This document shows, piece after piece, positions 60,143 to 64,000 of a DNA stretch of 64,000 nucleotides. Made by a program: the position numbers and the translations under genes. Source of the stretch: the human T2T-CHM13v2.0 reference genome, Homo sapiens. The DNA lies in the NCBI RefSeq assembly GCF_009914755.1, contig NC_060927.1, one strand, 5' to 3'. Every line of letters begins with the position of its first letter. Within the stretch, counting starts at the first letter, position 1. The notes beneath the pieces were generated by a model. That model was not told the DNA's origin and made no database searches. It was given only the letters and a program-made list of their open reading frames with translations.

Positions 60143-60545
60143 TACTTGTATTGCCATTATTTCCATTTTACAGGTGAGATAACTTTGTGAATCGTTTATC
60201 CAGTATCTTCCAGGGGCCAAATTGTCTGGGTTTACACAGCTGGAGGAGCTGGGATTTCAACCCATACCATGTAGCCCTAGATTTTACTCATAATCACTAT
60301 AACAGAGTTGAATACTATGATTGATTATCTGCCATATGTACAGGAGGAGGGAGGAATGGCATATCATGCATTTGCAATTTTTCAATTCTGGTCTTTGCCC
60401 CACCTTTCAATCATCATTTTTTCCCCTTCTCCTGTTAAACCCAGTTAAATAACACTACTTTCTCTTTCCCAATGCTCTATGCTCTTATGCTTTCATGTGG
60501 GCTGTTCCCTAGGCCCAGAACACCCTTTCTTTTGCCCTTTGCTGG

Positions 60546-60902
60546 CATCTTAGTCCATTCGGGCTGCTATAGCAAAGTGCCATAAGCTGGATGGTTTATA
60601 AACAACAGAAATTTATTTTCACAGGTCAAGAGGCTGGAGATCAGGGTACCAGCATGGACAAGTGCTGGTGAGGGACTTCTTCTGGATGACAGTCTGCTGA
60701 CTTCTTATTGTATCCTCACATGGCAGAGAGCAGAAGCAAGTCTCTGGAGACTTTAAAAAGGGCATTAATCCTATTCATGAGGGCTCTACCGTTACAACCT
60801 CATCTAATCCTAATTACCTCCCAAAGGCCCCACCTCCCAACATCATCCACTGGGGATGGGAGGTTTCAACATATGAATTTTGGGGAGAAACAGTCCACAA
60901 CA
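60546..60902 (-). mobile_element. MLT1A-type MaLR solo LTR inserted in L2
   Basis: cttagtccattcgggctgctata...tttcaacatatgaattttggggag; TSD gctgg/cctgg. Confidence 0.85.
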
Positions 60903-62642
60903 CCTGGTTAACTCCTACAACTCCGGAATTCAGTTCACGTATAATTTCTTGCAGAAAGCTTTCCCTGATTTCATCAGTCAGAATTGGTACTCCATCTCTA
61001 CGCGATCTTACAGTGTTATGCGCCTCGCTTGTAACATAAAAGTTTTTATTTTGAATTGTGGTAGCTTACCTCTCTTAAAATGAGCTAAAAGACAAGGCTC
61101 ATGTAGTGTGTTGATTGAAAGAATGAAACCTGAATCCTTACCTCATCTCTGCTCCAAACTGTTGTTTTCTGAAGCTTACCTGCTTCCCACGTCCAGTTTG
61201 TAATTGTTAAGACACAGGTTTTGAACCACAGGTGATTTCCAGCTTTCTTAGCTTTTTCTTATATCAGTTTGGAATGTCCAAACATTTTATTCAGTAAGAC
61301 TTTTGCCCATTTACACTTGTATTGCCTATTACATGCATGAGATAGGTGTTCCTTCCATAAACCATTATCTCTCCTTGGTGAATAAGCTTGCAAATTTTGA
61401 AATCTCCATTTAAAAAAAATCAGCTTGTTGGGAGGGGCACATGAGGTCTTCAACTGTATGTATAATGCTTGATTTCTTAAGTTGGGGGAGGTACAGAGAG
61501 GTATATATTATCTACACATATTTTAAGTCTAAATTGTTTTGTGAAAATATAAAAGCGAATATTAATATTCTTAACATTCGTTATAGAGAATATAAAGAAA
61601 ACCAAGTTTTCTACAAAAATGCCTTGTGGTTGGGTTAAATCTGTACACAGTCACAGTAAAGGGATAAAAGTATCAGTTATTAAAACACAGATACATAGAC
61701 ACAAAATGTTATCCTGCCAGGATTTGTATGACAGATGGAGACTAGAACCTTGGGTAATCTATCGGTCTTCATGAATGAAATCAATTAAGTTTAGAGAAGC
61801 TATTTATTGTCAGAGAGATAAAAAGGTAATTAGCAATTATAAAGCAGTCTATGGGGGTTCTAATAATAATACAACAATGGGTGGATTTCTGGGACTTGGC
61901 AAAATGGTGGATGGCTTATATCTTATCTTTTTCTTTCTTTTCAAATATACCTAAATCTCTTGCTGGGCAATTTCTGGACTAAGGGGTAGGAAACCTGGTT
62001 TGAGCTAACTCATATCAAGTTACTAATATATCCATTTCCCAAGACAGGAAAACCAGGTTATATGTATGAGGCAAGTAGACTGAAAAACAGAGGATGAACG
62101 ACAGCCTGGATTTTTTTTTTCAAATTCACATCCTCAAGCAAGAGTCTTTGTTTCTTGTTGCTTCTTTCTGTAATAATGACACCCACAAAGAGAAAAATAA
62201 ATGCTTTTTTCCTAGTTAAAAATTTACATTACTCAGTTAAGTAGCAGTGAAAACTGTCCTTGTTTTACTCAATAGATAAAGCAAGTTTACAAGGTGAGAA
62301 AAATTTCTCCCCCATTTGAATGCTGTGAAATATATTTTTAAAAGTGTCACAGAAGGAGGGAAGCTAGTTTGCAGGCTCACACATTGGGCTTCCATATTTC
62401 TGGTGTCACAAATAAAGTCACTTTTGAGTAGGATGGCTGGTGTTGGTAGAATGTTCTGAGGGATCTCACTAATTTAGTTAAAATCTAAGTAGGTCATATT
62501 CCACTACATTGAATATCACACCATAAAAAAGTTGTACAATAGTTTTCCAAGGTGCAGGCACTAATCACTTTTAAAAAGTAACAGAATTTGGTAAAACGCC
62601 AGTAAAGAGAATTGGGAACCCTTGGAATCTTTGAAATAGACT

Positions 62643-62755
62643 CACCTAGGTGATGGGTTGCTAGGTGCAGCAAACCACTATGGCACACGTTTACCTTTGT
62701 AACAAACCTGCACATCCTGCACATGTACCCCGGAACTTAAAAAATAAAAAATAAA
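62643..62755 (+). mobile_element. short L1PA 3' end (PA8-13-like)
   Basis: ggtgatgggttg.taggtgcagcaaaccac.atggcacacgtttacc...gaacttaaaaaataaaa. Confidence 0.85.
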
Positions 62756-63105
62756 TGCTCAAATGGAAATCTGTTTTAGTTAAGAAGGGCATAAAACAAG
62801 TAAAGCTATTACCAGAGAGTTTATCAGTTTGGCATGGTTAACAAAAGGCAATACGTTCTTTTAGAAATATTTAGTTAATCAATTGAAATTAAACCTAGTT
62901 GTGAACCTAGCTTTTCAATTTATTCCATTGACTAGTCTTTGGAGTATTTATTACCTATGAATTATTTTTGGCCTTTAAAAATCAGTTCTCAAAAATTATG
63001 TGGAAACTTTCTTCTGTTTTCAGAGTGTGTATGTCATTAGTGATTTGTGTTGCAGAGTTTAGTTTTCCCTGTTAAAAAATGCGTCTATCGATCTAGCAGC
63101 TTATG

Positions 63106-63267
63106 CAGGTGTTCTCAAGCATGGATGGATATCAAATTGCCAGTAGAACTTTTTAAACCTATAGCTGCCCAAGCCCCACTTCTCATCCCAATCAGAATCT
63201 CCAGGCACAGGGCCCCACAACCTACTTCCATAAATACTTACCATCCAGCTAGGCTTGAGAACCACTG
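63106..63267. mobile_element. MER5A-type fossil
   Basis: ttctcaa...aatcagaatctcca...gcttgagaaccactg. Confidence 0.65.
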
Positions 63268-64000
63268 GTTTAATGACAGCAAACAAACTTTTTTTGAGGC
63301 TTTCAAAACATTTTTCTTGCTTAGACATTTCTTTACTCCTGCTGTAGCCAGAACCATTGCTGTGACAGGTTTAACATGTTCCCAGAAACTCTGAATTTTG
63401 TGCGATGCCATCTCTGATAGGGACAATGTGATGAACAATGTCTGAGATTGCTAGGTGGGCTTCACTTCTGGGGATGAGAAGCCAGAGAAGTTCAGGACAC
63501 ACTGACAAAGGTGAAGTTTTCTCTAAGCGACAGTTTGATCACCTTGATAGTGAGAGAGAAATGCTGAAGCAGGGTTATACCACCTGGTTTCAAGAGATGA
63601 GAGATGAAGGTTTTGGAGAATTCAGCACTTAAGAATCTTGAACCACGGCGGTACACTACTGGGTAATAAGAGCTTGGCTACGCTGAACGACAAAGGTTCT
63701 AGCTGGCCAGTCCGAAAACACTGAGTCCTTAGGTCAAATTTGAGAAATGACAGGGCCAGTGGGAGTCCTAACTTCTAGACTCTGGAATTACTGACAGAAG
63801 AATATTTGGACAGTTTTTAAGACCCTCAAGGCATATTATTTTACAACCTCTTTAGCTTATGCCTGAATTTGTGCTGTGACTGTTAGCTTCCCGGATGTTT
63901 TCTCCACATGCTTCTTTCTGAACTAGCCTGTATAGTTCTACAACAAATTGTTACGTTTTGAGAAGCAGGGACCACTTATACCACTTCTCTGGCCAAGTGT

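Overview
Hominoid (human or great-ape) nuclear DNA, AT-rich and CpG-depleted, intergenic or intronic, and heavily covered by interspersed repeats. No intact protein-coding gene, RNA gene or CRISPR array is supported, and almost all ORF-track entries are repeat-derived or chance ORFs. Main elements: (1) a full-length but disabled L1PA3-type LINE-1 on the minus strand (~25854-32068) with a 15-bp TSD, a 23-nt 3'-transduced tag between two poly(A) tails, the 129-bp ZNF93-site segment, a mutated YY1 site and an extended open ORF0; (2) a nested MaLR complex (35592-41197), in which a full MSTA element contains an inverted full THE1A element, two Alus and an inverted, doubly truncated THE1A-LTR copy; (3) solo LTRs (MER66, MER41A, LTR41, MSTC, MLT1, LTR16), DNA-transposon fossils (Tigger2a, MER6A, MER44A, MER5A, MER53, MER58B, MER112), 12 Alus, and old L1/L2/MIR pieces; (4) a ~242-bp tandem duplication of apparently unique DNA; (5) a cluster of strong minus-strand splice signals at 585-920 suggesting UTR or lncRNA exons. 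I see no evidence of a new multi-gene system; the notable signals are retrotransposition and rearrangement footprints. Subfamily names come from remembered consensus sequences, not from a search.
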